Shown one piece after another: positions 28,430 to 42,498 of a stretch of 64,000 nt of DNA (positions are counted from its first letter, which is position 1; every line of letters begins with the position of its first letter). Origin of the DNA: Octopus vulgaris (Eukaryota). Location: assembly GCA_951406725.2 (NCBI GenBank), contig OX597816.1, forward strand, positions 161,634,001 to 161,698,000, in the 5' to 3' direction. Under the pieces are notes generated by a model. The model worked only from the letters and a program-made list of their open reading frames with translations. It searched no databases and was not told the origin of the DNA. Both the position numbers and the translations under genes were made by a program.

Positions 28430-31400
28430 AAGAATTCACTTGTATTGAAAATTTTTCTGCTTTAGACATTGCTAAGAAAAAGGATTCAGTATGGAGGAGG
28501 TGGCGGAGGTGTGCATGTAAATAAAGCCAAGAAAAAAAACAAAAAATTGGTTAGCTGTTGAGTCTAATCTCTTATCTTTTACTTATTTTTTTCATTCTTT
28601 TACATGTTTCAGTCACTTGACTGTGGCCATGCTGGAGCACCGCCTTTTGTCAAACAAACCGGCCCCAGGACTTATTCTTTGTAATGCTAGTACTTATTCT
28701 ATCGCTGTCTTTCTGCCAAACTGCTTGGTGACAGGGACGTAAACACACCAACATCGGTTGTCAAGTGATGGTGGCAGGGACAAACACAGACACAAGAAAA
28801 CAAATACATACGTATTTATACAATGGGCTTCTTTCAGTTTCCCTTTACCAAATCCACTCTCAAGGCTTTGGTCAGCCCGAGGCTATAGAAGACATTGCCT
28901 AAGGTACCATGCAATGGGACTGAACCCGGAACCATGTTGTTGGGAAGCAAGCTTCTTACCACACAGCCTCTCCAGCACATATTGTTTCAGTTATTAGACT
29001 GTGGCCATGCTGGAGCACTGCCTTGAAGAATTTTTGTTTGAATCAATTGGATTATTTTTATTTTGTTAAAGCCTGGTTCTTCTTCTATCGATTGCTTTTG
29101 CTAAATTATGGGGATGTAAACATGCCAGCATCAGTTATCAAGCAGTAGTGTGTATGGGGGAGGGGAGACACATGCACACATTGGGCTTCTCTCAGTTTCC
29201 ATCTACCAAATCCACCCACAAGGCTTTGATTAACCTGAAGCTATAGCAGAAAACACTTGCCCGAGGTGCCATGCAGTGGGACTGAACCTGGAACCACATG
29301 ACTAGGAAGCAAGCTTCTTACACTCAGCCATATATTTATTCATTTATTTTATCACACTGTTATTAGTTTCAAAGACCACTAGTTGTTAGTGAGATTGCAT
29401 ATAATAACAAACATAGAATTATAGGTACCAACATGATTTAAAAAAAAAAAAAGAAAGAAAATTTTAATTTGCAGAGAAGTGAGGAAAATTTAGAATGTTT
29501 TTGACAATGAATGGAAGGGTGGGGAAAAGGGGTGGAAAGAAGGGAAAAATTGAAATTTCACTTTTTTTTTTTGGAGTGGAATAAATTACAGGAACTAGAG
29601 CTCTGTAAAGTTAAAGATCAAGATTGTCACTGTGTCATTCATTGATGCATGGGTATTAGATGCATCAGGTATTGTTTACTGAGGAAAGAGAGAAAGATAG
29701 ATAGACAGATAGAGATAGAGAGAGAGAAAGAGAGAGTGAGAGAGAGGTGTAGAATAGCATATGAAGAGTAGTTGTTGTAATTGTAGCGGTAGCAGTAACA
29801 GAGATGATTAAGACGGCTTGTTAGTCATTAGTAAGAGCTGGATGATGGATGAACACATAACCTCTCCAAGTAATAATTAGTGACAAGTCGAGCCTAGGAA
29901 ACTACACACAGCAAAGTAGAGGTTAAATTTAGATCGGCATTTAAGGGGTAAGACAAAGTAGAGCGAAGCTATTATTGCTGATATAGCACAATAATTGAAT
30001 CATGCTGCACATTATCTTACATTTACACAGCAATTTTTGTTCGCTTTCGTTAATAATATGGTGGTACAATGGACGTTTCAAACTCAAAAGTTTGTGATCA
30101 AGTCTTGAGTGGATGATATTATAAAGATGCATTAGGTTTCTGGTGAGCTATGTCTGAAAAGCAGTTGAATATTTCCAGTTGCGGTGATTTCACTTCAATT
30201 AAATCTCTTGTCTCTGTCTGTCTGTCTCTCCTCCTCCTCCTCTCTCTCTCTCTCTCTCTCTTCACCTCTCAGTGTATGTAAGAATCAGTGGTGTTTTCTT
30301 CTTGAATGCATGCTTGTATGTGTGTATACACACACACACCACCCCAGCTTACCAGTTTTCAGTCAAATTGTCCAACCCATGTCAGCATGGAAAAACGGAT
30401 GTTTTATCATGACGATGATACTAGTAATTGTTTCTTGCCATTGAGACACATGATGGTAAGGCAGATTTTTATAACGTATCTCGTGTCTCCGTGCACATTG
30501 TAGAAATCTGCCTCGCAACATATCTCAATGGCAAGAAGCTATTAGCCGCTCATATATCTTTATACTGTGTACATTAAATGATATTCATCTCTCACTGGAC
30601 GGAGCAGGTCTTTTGTTGATCCTGCCTAAAATGGAACAGTAAATTACATATATTTTTCATCATCTTCATTATTGTCGTCATCATCATCATCATCATCATA
30701 CTAGTCTTCCATGTGTATGTATGTATGTATGTATGTATGTTTGTGTGTGTGTGTGTGTATGTGTGTATACTGGTTTTGAGAACAAGGTTTTGGGCTATTT
30801 TGGGTTGTTTCCACGACTAACAAAAATTTACATTCTTCATAGTTGGGTGCTCATTAGTAGCAGGGAAAACACCCAGTTTTAAAAACAATTGCCTTGATAG
30901 AAGGGAAAAAATAAACCAAAATTCCACAGAAATGGATGTTAATCATCAAGGAAAAAAGGGGCTTAGGCCGTATTAGGGTTAGGAAGCATAGGACTCATTT
31001 CTCAGTTTCTCTGGTGCATGTACTCTCCACTGAACAGGATGCTGGTCTTGTTGCAAGATGTTTGCCAGTTGAGTGAACTGAAGTAAGGTGAAATGAAGTG
31101 TTTTGCTTAAGAACACAATGCGTCGCCCAATCCAGGAATTGAAACCACATCCTTATGATCATGAGTCCAAAACCCCTAATCATTAACTCACATGCTTTGT
31201 TTCCATACAATCAAGAAAAAAATGTGATTGTAATTTATCATCATCGTTGTTTACTATCTGTCTTCTATGCTGGCATGGGTTGGACAGACAGCCCAACAAG
31301 AACCCAACTGGCTGGAGGACTGCACCATGTTCCAATGTCTACTTTGGCAGGGTTTCTATGGTTGGATGCCCTTCCTGATCCTAATGTCATCTACTTTACA

Positions 31401-31472
31401 AAGTGTACTGCGGGAATTATTTTATGATTTATGTTTCTTATATGTGTTTTTTTTCTTTTTGTCTTTTTTTAG

Positions 31473-31637
31473 ACACATACACATTATCAGTACGAGACTG
31501 TGATGAACTTCGAGGATATTTGGTGAAGCATTACAAGATCCTCTCCAAGAAAAATGGAGACAATGAAAAAGATCATTACTACATAACTGCAAAGAGAACA
31601 TTCAGCACACTTGAAGAACTTGTTAGTCATTACTCAG
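31473..31637 (+). CDS. SH2 exon 2: DTYTLSVRDCDELRGYLVKHYKILSKKNGDNEKDHYYITAKRTFSTLEELVSHYS
   Basis: Poly-T tract + ttag acceptor; cag|gtaaac donor; LSV, VKHYKI and F.TL.ELV.HY SH2 motifs. Confidence 0.95.
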
Positions 31638-34144
31638 GTAAACCATAATTCTTACTACACTTCAACTGTTCCTCTATGTATTTCTGTTACTGATTTACAC
31701 TCATTTTCTTAACAATTGCAGCATGGAAGGTGTTTATAAACCATTTAAGAAACACCTTCCACGTTGCAATTATTTTCGTTCCAGCACACGATCTCAGATC
31801 AGGTCACTTGCTATGCAAGTACATCTCTGTAACTCATTTTCTTACTTTTATGTAATTTCTACCCTTCCCACTTATATCTTTTTATCTTTTATCTTTCACA
31901 TGTTTTAGTCATTGGATTGTGGCCATAATTGGGCACTGCCTTGAAGAATTTCTTCCTTAAGTGAATCAACCCCCATACTTATCATTTTAAGCCTGATACT
32001 TATTCTGCTGGTCTCATTTTGCTGAACTGCTAAGTTATGGGGATGTAAACACACCAACATCGGTTGCCAAGTGATAGTGGAGGACAAAGACAGACAGACA
32101 CATACACACACTTACACACACATATGACAGACCTCTTTCAGTTTTCATTAGACAGAATCCATTCCCAAGGATTTGGTTGACCCAAGGCTATAGTAGAAGA
32201 TACCTGCTCAAGGTGCCACACTGGGGGACTGAACTCGGAGCCATGTGATTGGGTAGCAAGCTTTTTACCACACAGCCATGCCTACATAGAAAGTAACAAA
32301 CAGAATTTAGAAAAGAAAATTTCTTTTAAATTAATAATATGCTAAAAATAATATGCTCCCTTTAATGTTTTATAGCTGCTCCATGATTTTATAAAGAGTG
32401 GATAATACTGAATAAATGGCAGACAAAGTTTAAAAATAGAGAACATTTAAAATCTTTTCTACTCTAGGGCATAAGGCCCTAAATTTTTGGGGAGGGGGCC
32501 AGTCGATTAGATCACCCTCAGTACACAACTGGTACTTAATTTATTGACCCCGAAAGGATGAAAAGCAAAATCAACCTCAGCTGAATTTGAACCTAGAACC
32601 GCTAAGCATTTCACCTGGCATGCTAATGTTTCTGCCAGCTTGCTGCCTTACTAATACCGTATATTCTTTTCTACGCTAGGCACAAGGCCTGAAATTTTTT
32701 TTCGGTGGAAGCAGTCAATTAGATCACTCCCCCAGTAACATTTCTGTCAGTTCGCTGCCTTGATATACAAATTAATATTACACATAAAATAGATCAAATT
32801 TGGCATATTTCTCTCCTGCATTTAATTGCTATGATTCACACTTCTTGCACATGCTTCCTGCAGAAGAGAAATCTTTCTTAAGCTAACTTCCTAGATTTAA
32901 TTCTTCTCTTCCCTTCTAGTTACTACACTTTTGCTGCATCCACATCTACATGCCTTAATTAAATTTAAGTCATGGTGCAGTTCACAGACTTTCCTTTATC
33001 GGTGCACTTAGTAATGGTTTCAAATTTTAGCACAAGGCCAGCAATTTCAAAGGAGAGGTAACCCGAATACCTTGACCCCAGTGTTCATCTAGTACTTATT
33101 GTCATCATCATTATCATTTAGCATCCTCTTTCCATGCTGACAGGGAGCTGTCCTTCCTTGATGCCCTTCCTACTGCCTAATTGGCATGGGTGTGTTAATG
33201 CGGCACCAGCACGGATGCTTTTTAAGTGGCACCAGCACTTGAAGGACAAACATATGTGCGTGGAAGACAGCAATTATTGTATTGACCCCACAAAAACATG
33301 AAATGCAAAGTCAACCTCAACAGCATTTGAACTCAGATCATAAAGTCCCAAGAAATTCCTCAAAGTATTTTTACCCAAGCCATAACGATTCTGCCAACTC
33401 ACTGCCTTTGGGTGCACCTAGTAATTCCTTCTAGTATAGTCACAGGGCCTGAAATTTTGGAGATGGGGCTAACCCCAGTACTTGACTGATACTTAGTTTA
33501 TCGACCCCAAAATGATGAAAGGCAAAATTGACCCCTGCAGCATTTGAACTTGGAATCTAAAGACAGAAGAAATGCTGCTAAGCAATTTATTTTTCAGCAT
33601 GGTTATGATTTTGCCTGCTTTCCACCTTTGGGTGCACCTGATAATGCTAACCATATTTATGCATTTGTCACGGGCCTCACGGAGGCAATGACCGAGACCT
33701 TTGGCATTATGTCGTGCTTGAGAAGAAGACTCATCAAGCCAAGCACAATTGCAGTCGTGGCAGATACCGGTGTCATGCAAATGGCACCTGTGCCGGTGGC
33801 ATGTAAAGGCACCCATTACACTCTTGGAGTAGTTGGCGTTAGGAAGGGCATCCAGCCATGCCAAATCAGACTGGGGTCTGGTGCAGCCTTCCAGCTTACC
33901 AGCCTTGGTCAAACCATCCAACTCATGCCAGTATGGACAATGGACATTAAATGACGATGGTGGTGGTGGTGGTGGTGGTGGTGGTGGTAGCGGATGGCAG
34001 CAGCAGTGGTGGTTCCACATCGGTGATCAAAAATTTGGTATTTGCCACGAGACTGTCATCTCTTTTATTACAAACAGTGAAATGCTGGAAAGTAATCTTT
34101 TAGTTTAAGTTTTAAGCTAAACATAGAATTAAAAATGATAGCTG

Positions 34145-34400
34145 TGGGTACCCTGGTAGATATTTCATGATATTTGGAAGTTCTATAGAGGAATTAATAA
34201 CTAGACATAAGTACACAGTCATGAGTGCCTTGGTAGACGGTTGATGATATTTAAAAGTTCTCTGAAGCTATTAATAAGTAAAAAGAAGTATAAAGTACTA
34301 AGTACCCTGATAGATATTTCATGATATTTAGAAGTTCTATAAAGACATTAATAACTAGAGAGAAGTAAAAGTTTGTGCGACATCTGTAGATGATTCTCAG
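34145..34400. repeat. Minisatellite, about 77-bp unit x3 plus a partial copy
   Basis: GTACCCTG.TAGATATTTCATGATATTT.GAAGTTCTAT...ATTAATAA at about 34148 and 34302, with a diverged copy at about 34224. Confidence 0.8.
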
Positions 34401-35167
34401 CTGGTGTCTTTTACTCTGACAGCATGCAGGCTATAATTATAATGCTTTAAATGTTGTACTCAAGTGAAATTACTTTTCACCTCCTGTCTGGATCTATTCT
34501 CTATTTGGCTGTGATATTTAGTTGTGCGTACAAACTAGAAAAGCCGACATCAAAACAATAAACCTTGATTACATAATCGTTAAAAAGCAGCGGAATCAGT
34601 CTCGGTTTTATCTTTAGAGAAAAACGTAGCCTCAGTTCTAATGATGTCACTGGCATCTCTTAAATAAATAACATTTGTTACTTATAAAAAAAAAAAGAAA
34701 AAAAAGAAAAGAAAAATGCTGAACGCTGCATAATTTTTTGACCTACTGCATTAGAGTACTGAAATTAATAATATTAGTGTGTAACGGATAAAGTGAATTA
34801 CTATCATTATCTTCATCACAACAACCATCACCACCACCACTACCATCCACACCACCACCATCATCATCATCGTCATCACTGTTATTATTATATCATCGTT
34901 ATCATTACCACCACCAGCACCGTCGCCATCATCATTATCACCGCCGTCGCCGTTCCTATGAAAGAATCCCCCCACAGTTTATGGATGGCATCTTTTAAAA
35001 CTGAAACACTGTGTGGGTGTGGGTGTGTGTATATTCAAAATATGGGACATGGTTTTACTCACTGTCAACATGTTTGGAAATAAAATATTCTGCCTCTGTG
35101 TGTATGTGTGTGTGTGTTTAGATACACATTGACACACATGTATAAATTCACACACACATACAAGAAA

Positions 35168-35181
35168 CATATATTTATATA

Positions 35182-35213
<32 letters not shown>

Positions 35214-35260
35214 CACATATATATATATATATACACACATATATATATATATACACACAC

Positions 35261-35291
<31 letters not shown>

Positions 35292-35310
35292 CACACATAT
35301 ATATATATAT

Positions 35311-35360
<50 letters not shown>
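35168..35360. repeat. Long (TA)n/(CA)n microsatellite, one of many in the window
   Basis: Read directly. Confidence 0.95.
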
Positions 35361-35363
<3 letters not shown>

Positions 35364-35986
35364 CAGGCATGCATACACACACACATGCATGTGATGTCAT
35401 TATAAGCACTAGCTTGTTTTATATATCATGTATTTTAAAATTCAAATTTATAGCTGCACAGAAAGAGCGAGAGAGAGAGATACACAGACTGACAGACAGA
35501 CAGAACACACAAACATACGCATACCATATAATTATACAGTGCAATTTAAATTGTATGACAAATAAACCAGTATTTAGAGTTCTCTGTGCATTGTTATATG
35601 AAGGGTGAGCAAAAGTATGGTATACAATTGCTCAATATGAGTGGAATGTTCTTTTCATTTCTCTATTTCTTTCTTAGGATAAGAATTCTATGGCTCTGTG
35701 TTCTTTTTAACTAATTCTTTCTGTAATAAAATAATTATTCCTAATTTCAGGTATTTATTATATAAAAAGAAACGTAGAAATGGAAATGAAGGAGAATTTG
35801 TAGTATTATAGTTTGAATTTTCTTTGATTGGTCTCCATAGATAAAATCACAGAGCACAATAGGAAAAAGAAGTGTGTGTGTATGGGGGTGGAAACCAAGG
35901 GAGTTTGTTCATAATTTATTTACCATATTCAATGTCATAAAAGATGCACAAGTATATTAGACACACCCTGATTTCAGCTGCGCATA

Positions 35987-36023
<37 letters not shown>

Positions 36024-36712
36024 CCATCACCACCACCACCATCATCAACATCAACATCATCATCATCATCATCATTTAATGTCCGTTTTCCATGCTGGCA
36101 TGGGTTGGACAATTTAACAGGAGTTGGCAAGTGAAAGAGCTGCCCCAGGCTCCAGTTGTTTGTTTTGGCATGGCTTTTGTTGATTTTTGTTTTCAGTTTA
36201 TTAAAGCATATAAAATTTAAAGCGACTTCTTATATAAGACCTGTTCTTTTTTTCTTTCTTTTTCTGAGACCCATTTTTTTGAGTGTGTGGGATAGCGTGT
36301 CTTATGTCATTAAACAGGGTAGTCACATCAAAACTAAACAAATTATGGACAAACTCTCTTGTATGATTAAGAAGTTTGCTTCCCAACAACATTGTTTGGA
36401 GTTCAGCCCCATTGTGTGGTACTTCCAGCAAATGTCTTTTACTCTAAGTTGAAAAAAAGCCTGCAGCAGGTGTTTGTGTGTGTGTGTGTATTTTCTATAT
36501 GTAGCCTTGTGTTGACATTGTGATGATTGTAAACATGATACAAGTGACATTGTTTGTTTCCAGTATTCCATGGGAAACATGTCTAGCCATAGGGAAACAC
36601 TATCTTGTTTGGAAACAGATGACGGTTGATAACAGGAAGGACATTCAGCTATAGAAAACTTGGCTCCATGAATTCCGTCTGACCCATGCAGACATGGAAA
36701 AGTGGATGTTAA

Positions 36713-36922
36713 CCCCTTCATTACTGTTTTTATTTTGAGATGCTCTGTGTTTCTTTCAATTACTTTAAATATAAAAAAAAATTAGTAAAATAACTTTGAT
36801 ATCATTCAGCTAGTGTTTGGAACATAAATTATGACTATGGTTTGGTGGAAGGTTTTATTTCAAAACTTATGAAAACAAGACATTTGTACTCCGTGATTTC
36901 AGCTGGGTTGGTAATAAAAGGG
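36713..36922 (+). mobile_element. piggyBac-type MITE family 1 inserted in an RTE-type tail
   Basis: ggatg TTAA|CCCCTTCATTAC...GTAATAAAAGGG|TTAT atgatgac. Confidence 0.8.
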
Positions 36923-39900
36923 TTATATGATGACAATGATAATGCGACTGCATCCAAAGAAGAAATACTTGATTGATTGCATGCAGTAGCTCAGAAGCAC
37001 ACTTTGACCCACAGACTCACTCTCTCCTCTCTATGCCTGGAGTTAGGACAATGGCCTTTGTTTGCCAGACTTGGCTGGCCCCATACAACTTCCACTCAGG
37101 CATTCCTGGTTGACCCATTTCTCCTCTTGTTATTTATATTGTGTCCACTCCCTCAACTCTGCTCTCACAACTACACCCAATCCATCCTCTCCAAAATATT
37201 ATCCCTCTGGAATTTACCTTCCTGCACATATTTTTTCAGCCTTTGATTTGCAACATTTCCAACTGAAAGTTAACAACTTTTACCCTATTGATCCCAAGTG
37301 GGTTTGCAAAGGCTGTGTGCACAGCTCCTTTGAACCAAGTCAATAAACCTACCAAAAAAAAAGAAGAAAGAAAATACTAACAAAACCATTGTCATCTCCA
37401 GCCGACAGCTGTTGATGGGTGTGTCCTTAATGCAAACTGTATGATAAATACATACACAAGTTCATATAATGCAAAGTCATTTGAAAAATCTCTGGTAAAT
37501 AACGAGAGCCTAACTATTTCTGTTAAGAAAACATACAACTGTACAGCTGATACCGACACACTTGATTGTGAACTTGTCATCTGGTGTATTTTACAATAGT
37601 TTATTCAGTTGTTGGTCTGTCTTATTACTTCAGTAGGATCAATAACACATGCTTCAAACTTATCTTTACATATAGAGAAACACGCATACGTGTGTTTGCG
37701 CGCGCATGTGTTTGTGTGTATATGTATTTCATTTCTTGGTTCATTTTTCCAAGCTAGATGAGAGTCAGACACATACTTTATTTAAGTATTGTTTTACAAC
37801 CGGATGCCCTTCCTGTGGTTAACTCTTACCTGTTTTTCAAGTAAATGATCTCTTATTTCACACATCTTCAGTGTAAATCTAGTAGATGATGTGTTAGCAG
37901 GAGAAATAACAACGTTACTTGTAGCTTACAGTATTTGGACGAGCACAAACAAAAAGAAAGACATGGACACAGACACACTTGTATTTATACATATTTATAC
38001 ATATCATGTGTGGGTCGTTGCCAGTGCTGCCTGACTGACTCCCCGTCCTGGTGGCACATAAAAAGTACCATCTGAATGTGGTCGATGCCAAACACCCCCT
38101 GCCCCAACTGGCTCCTGTGCTGGTAGTATGTAAAAAGCACCATCCAAATGTGGCTGTTTTCCATGCTAGCATGGGTTGGATGGTTTGACTGAGGACTGGC
38201 AAGCCAGGAGGCAGCACCAGGCTCCAATCTGATCTAGCAAGGTTCCTACTGCCGGATGCTCTCCCTAACGCCAACTACTCCAAGGGTGTAGTGAGTGCTT
38301 TTTATGTACCACCAGCATGGGAGCCAGTCAGAGGTGGCATTGGCACTCACCACATTCAGATGGTGCTTTTTATGTGCCACTAGCACAGGAGCCAGTAAGG
38401 GCTGGCATCGACCACGTTTGGATGTTGCTTTATATGTGCCACCGGCACATGAGCTAGTCAGGGTGGAGTGGAGTGTGGGTGGGCTAGCATTGACAACATT
38501 TGGATGGGGCTCTTAGCATGACACCAGCACAGGGAGCTAGTCAGGCAGCACTGGCAATGACCCACGCATGCATGGTGCTTATTGCGTACCACCAGCACAG
38601 GAACCAGTCATGCAGCGCTGGCATCGGCCACAACTACAATTTCCATTTGATTGTGATTAGATTTGATTTGATTATGGAAGTTGGATTCTAAATGAGGATG
38701 TTAATGATAATGAGATTCACTCACAAGGCTTTGCTTGACCTCGGGCTAAGTAGAAGACTTGCCCATTGTTGTTTCGTGGATCACACATAGTGAGAAATTC
38801 TGAGTAGCGATGGTATGAATAATCTACTTTGAACAAATGAATGCTCTCTACTACATGTGTTTTGTATTTCATTTTCCTTGTTTGTACATCCAATGTATGT
38901 GTCCTTTTCTTGGCATTACTTGATAGTTAGTGATGAGTGTCACTGTCGCAGAAGCCGTATCATTGACGGCCAGTCATCCTTGTGTATAGCCAAAAGGAAA
39001 TATTACCTTACTTGAAAGCAGGTGAGACTTGACAAGCAGACAGGAAGGACATTTGGTTGGAAAATAGTTGCCTTAGCAAATTCCATCCGACTCATGCAAG
39101 CATAGAAAAGTGGATATTAAAACGATGCTGTATTTTCTTATATATAAATAAACCTCATCCCTAATTTAATACTAAATCTTGGTACCAAATTTTATTCTCT
39201 TCATATTCAAACCTGACCTCAACCTTTCCCCATGTCTAAGTCATACCCCAGTTTTTTTTTTTTTTCAGTTAAATTCAGGCGCAAAATAGTGCAACTTATA
39301 TAAATAGATACGATATACACATAGTATGTCATTTTGTAACTATACTTTGAATGCACTGGTATTTACATGAAAGTGCAGTTGCGTACTTATAATTAAGCCA
39401 TTATATATAAAATATAAACAGTGAACATGTGTTAGTTCTGTTTGCTAAATTGATTAATATGACTTTAAGCAAGACAGATGGTTTAGTGATATGCTGTAAC
39501 TGTGTAAGGTGTAAAGGTAGTTGATAGAATTTTAACCAAATGTCACTTGGAAGGGAAAGGCTGCGTGTAGAAAGAAAGAAAAAGAAAACAAGATTATAGT
39601 TTATTTTGTTGTGTCTGGGGAGAATCATTTTCTTTTTGTGCCTTAACACACTCACCTGTAAAATTTCCACTTATTGCTTATTTTTATTTTCCTAAAATTT
39701 TCAAAAACGAAATATAGTATATTTTGTTTCTAGTATAAAAGTATATTTTGTCTTAGCTAGTGAAGACATCTGGCTTTGAGGTTAAGGTGTTGCACTTGTG
39801 ATAGTAAGATTGTGGTTTCAATTCCTGGACTAGGTGGTGCCTTGTGTTCACGAGCAAAACAGTTCATTTCATAATTTTCCTGTTCATTCAACTGTAAATA

Positions 39901-40462
39901 ACTTCCAGCAATAGGTGGGAAGTTAACCCTGAGATGCATTAGTGTCCTGTTCAGAGGGGAGTGTTGTGGTCTCAGTCATTTATGCCATGAAAACCTTGTG
40001 AGTTCTAGCACTCCTGATAGACCTAAGCTAAGCCTATGTATGAGTTTCCTGTAATTTCTCTAACATTGAAATCAGGGTTTGCTGGCGACTGTATCACTAT
40101 ATAATGTTTTCTTTTTATGTTCTTGTAAATAAACTTTAATTAACCTGAAATTATTCTGACATTCTGTGCTTACAAAATCAAAAAACAACATAGCACCCAT
40201 GACTTTCAGAAACATTTTTTCACACTCAGAATTGCTGAAGCATGGAACAAATTACCTGCATCAGTTGTTAGCTGTTGGAATGCTAAATCCTTCAAAACTT
40301 CTCTGCTTCCCAAAGTTTGCCAACAGTATACATGATGCCCTGCCACTTTTTTTTTTAATGGCTCATTCACTGTTCACTTCTTGGGCATTATTTCTTGTTT
40401 ATGCATTTTTGGTTACTTTCTCTGCTGAGGTGTGGTGCATCTGAGCACAGTATACAATAAGT

Positions 40463-40610
40463 TTCTTCTTCTTCTTCTTCTTCTTCTTCTTCTTCTTCTT
40501 CTTCTTCTTCTTCTTCTTCTCCTCCTCCTCCTCCTCCTCCTCCTCCTCCTCCTCCTCCTCCTCCTCACCACCACCACCACCACAACCACCACAACCATCA
40601 TTATTATTTT
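40463..40610. repeat. Compound trinucleotide microsatellite (CTT)n(CCT)n(ACC)n(ATT)n
   Basis: Read directly. Confidence 0.95.
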
Positions 40611-41470
40611 TTAATTAAAACTCTCAGCTTATTTTGCTGAGTATGATGGAAAGTGTCTGCTCTCTGCAGCCAGCAGACTAAGGTGACACTTGTTTACTGA
40701 TTATACTTCAAGAACCCTGCAGGGAACTCTTGTAGTTCCAAGCAGTGCTGATTTTCGTTGGTTATTCTATCTTCACATTTGCACCAATCTTTTGGAACCA
40801 TATTTGTAGTGCTGATACTATTAACTATGCTGTTATTACTGGTACCACATCCACTCTCCTCATTGCTTACAACCTACGTATTTCCCATGTCAAATTGTCA
40901 TAAATGTTCAGTTTTTCTTCTTTCTCTTTGATCCTGTTGTCACTGGGACATGCGATGTCGATTATCATGCATGCTCTTTCTCTTTTCATTCACCACAACA
41001 GTGTCAGGTTTCCAATGTCTGATCTGATGGTCACACTGAATCATTTGCATCCTACAGGATTTTGTAATCTTCATTCTTGGTGACTCCTTCTGCAGTTTGT
41101 TCATACCACATCTTTGTTCTTTGTAGGCTGTGATTTCCATAGAGTTCCCAATGAGTCATTCTTACCACATTGTTAGTCACCTTTTGTATTCATATTGTGC
41201 CAATCTCGGGCTGTTGCTAATGATGTGCCATACTGTTTCACCCCTCTCACCACACATTCTTAATTTGTCATTCTTGGTAGTGTTGTTGAATCTTCACTTC
41301 CCATAGTTCTTAACATTCTTGTGCTGTGCATATAAGTGCTTCTGTCTCTATCTTCAGGTCATTCCTCCTCGTCCATAGCCACTGGTCTCTTGTATTTGTC
41401 TTGGCATTTGTATCTCTTTCAAACTGACCATACATGTGTTTTTCCTTCCATGCTACATATTTATATATTT
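40600..41470 (-). mobile_element. Degenerate R4/Dong-like LINE 3' end
   Basis: Minus strand gives DLKIETEALICTAQE, a decayed zinc knuckle RMCGERGETVWHII...LAQYEYKR, and DHQIRHWKPDTVVV; ends in TAA-rich repeats. Confidence 0.75.
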
Positions 41471-41529
41471 TTTTCTCCTCTAAGTTTTTCTTTCTTTACA
41501 CAATTATCAATTTTTATGTTGTTATTATT

Positions 41530-42391
41530 TGCCTGGCACTTAGAATGTCGTCAGGCACTCACAGCCCTCTATCAGTCAAGCAATGGGATTGGTGGATATT
41601 CTGCTTTAGAAATTAGGATTAGTGGTGGGGAAGTGTGATGACATTCTCAGGGAGACTCTGAGTGCCAATGAGAACAAACTGGCTAGTCTGTTCCCAGGGG
41701 ACTTTCCAGGAACTATCATGGATAATTTCCAGTTGCTGTCACATGTGGGACAGATCTGTCTGTTGGCCAAGTTTGTAGTGATGATCGCATTGCTACTCTC
41801 CTTCAATTGGGCAGGCAAGGCAGTTTTCCTTTGTCTAGTAGCTGTGGTGAACAAGGCTGAACTGTATGAGGACAGATACATTCCTCTTTGGTAGAGCTCT
41901 CATTGACTTCTTCAAGTTTCACTTGAAAAGGAAATTGAGAGTGGGGTGGGAAGTGCTGTCCTCAAGTGAGTTTATTGAAAGGCGGGTGAAAGTTGTGAAA
42001 ATGGCAAGAGTGGATGGTACCTCTCTAAGTGTCGACCTGTGAGTCAGAGAGAATGGATTGGAGAGGGTACTTGCTCCTGGGGTTTCAAGGAAATATCAGA
42101 TAGTGAGGTTCCTCGATTATTCCTAGAGGCCTTCCTGTATCAGGAGGACCACATCTCTATCATCCTCCCCGCTGCTTTTCTTTTTTTTTTTAAACTTTTG
42201 TATGCTATTCATATGAACCTTCTTTTTCAGTCTATACTGTGTTTACTTTCTTTCTTTCTTTCACTTTTTTTTATCATTTCATTTATGTAAACCCCCCAAC
42301 ACTTTATGTCTGTCTATGTATTGTCCCCCTCATCCTTTACCCTTGTGGAGAATAAATGAAATTATCATCATCATCATCATCATCATTATCA

Positions 42392-42448
<57 letters not shown>

Positions 42449-42450
42449 TA
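41530..42450 (+). mobile_element. Probable L1/Tx1-like LINE 3' remnant
   Basis: Decayed ORF (LLSHVGQI...AGKAVFLCLVAVV), T-rich UTR, AATAAA, then an (ATC)n(ATT)n tail; clade assignment tentative. Confidence 0.4.
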
Positions 42451-42498
42451 ATATCTGTTTTATCTTTTCTTCTCTTTTCTGGTTTCGCTCATTGCTAG

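Noticed and set aside
33493-34108. 175-, 136- and 91-aa ORFs
   Set aside because: They span a SINE, an RTE tail and (GGT)n; the same peptide strings recur wherever these repeats occur.
37840-37885. Minus-strand CTGAAGA...GAAA...ATC hammerhead-like string
   Set aside because: No stem I or stem II complementarity.
40413-40614. Poly-Arg and poly-Leu ORFs
   Set aside because: Trinucleotide microsatellite artefact.
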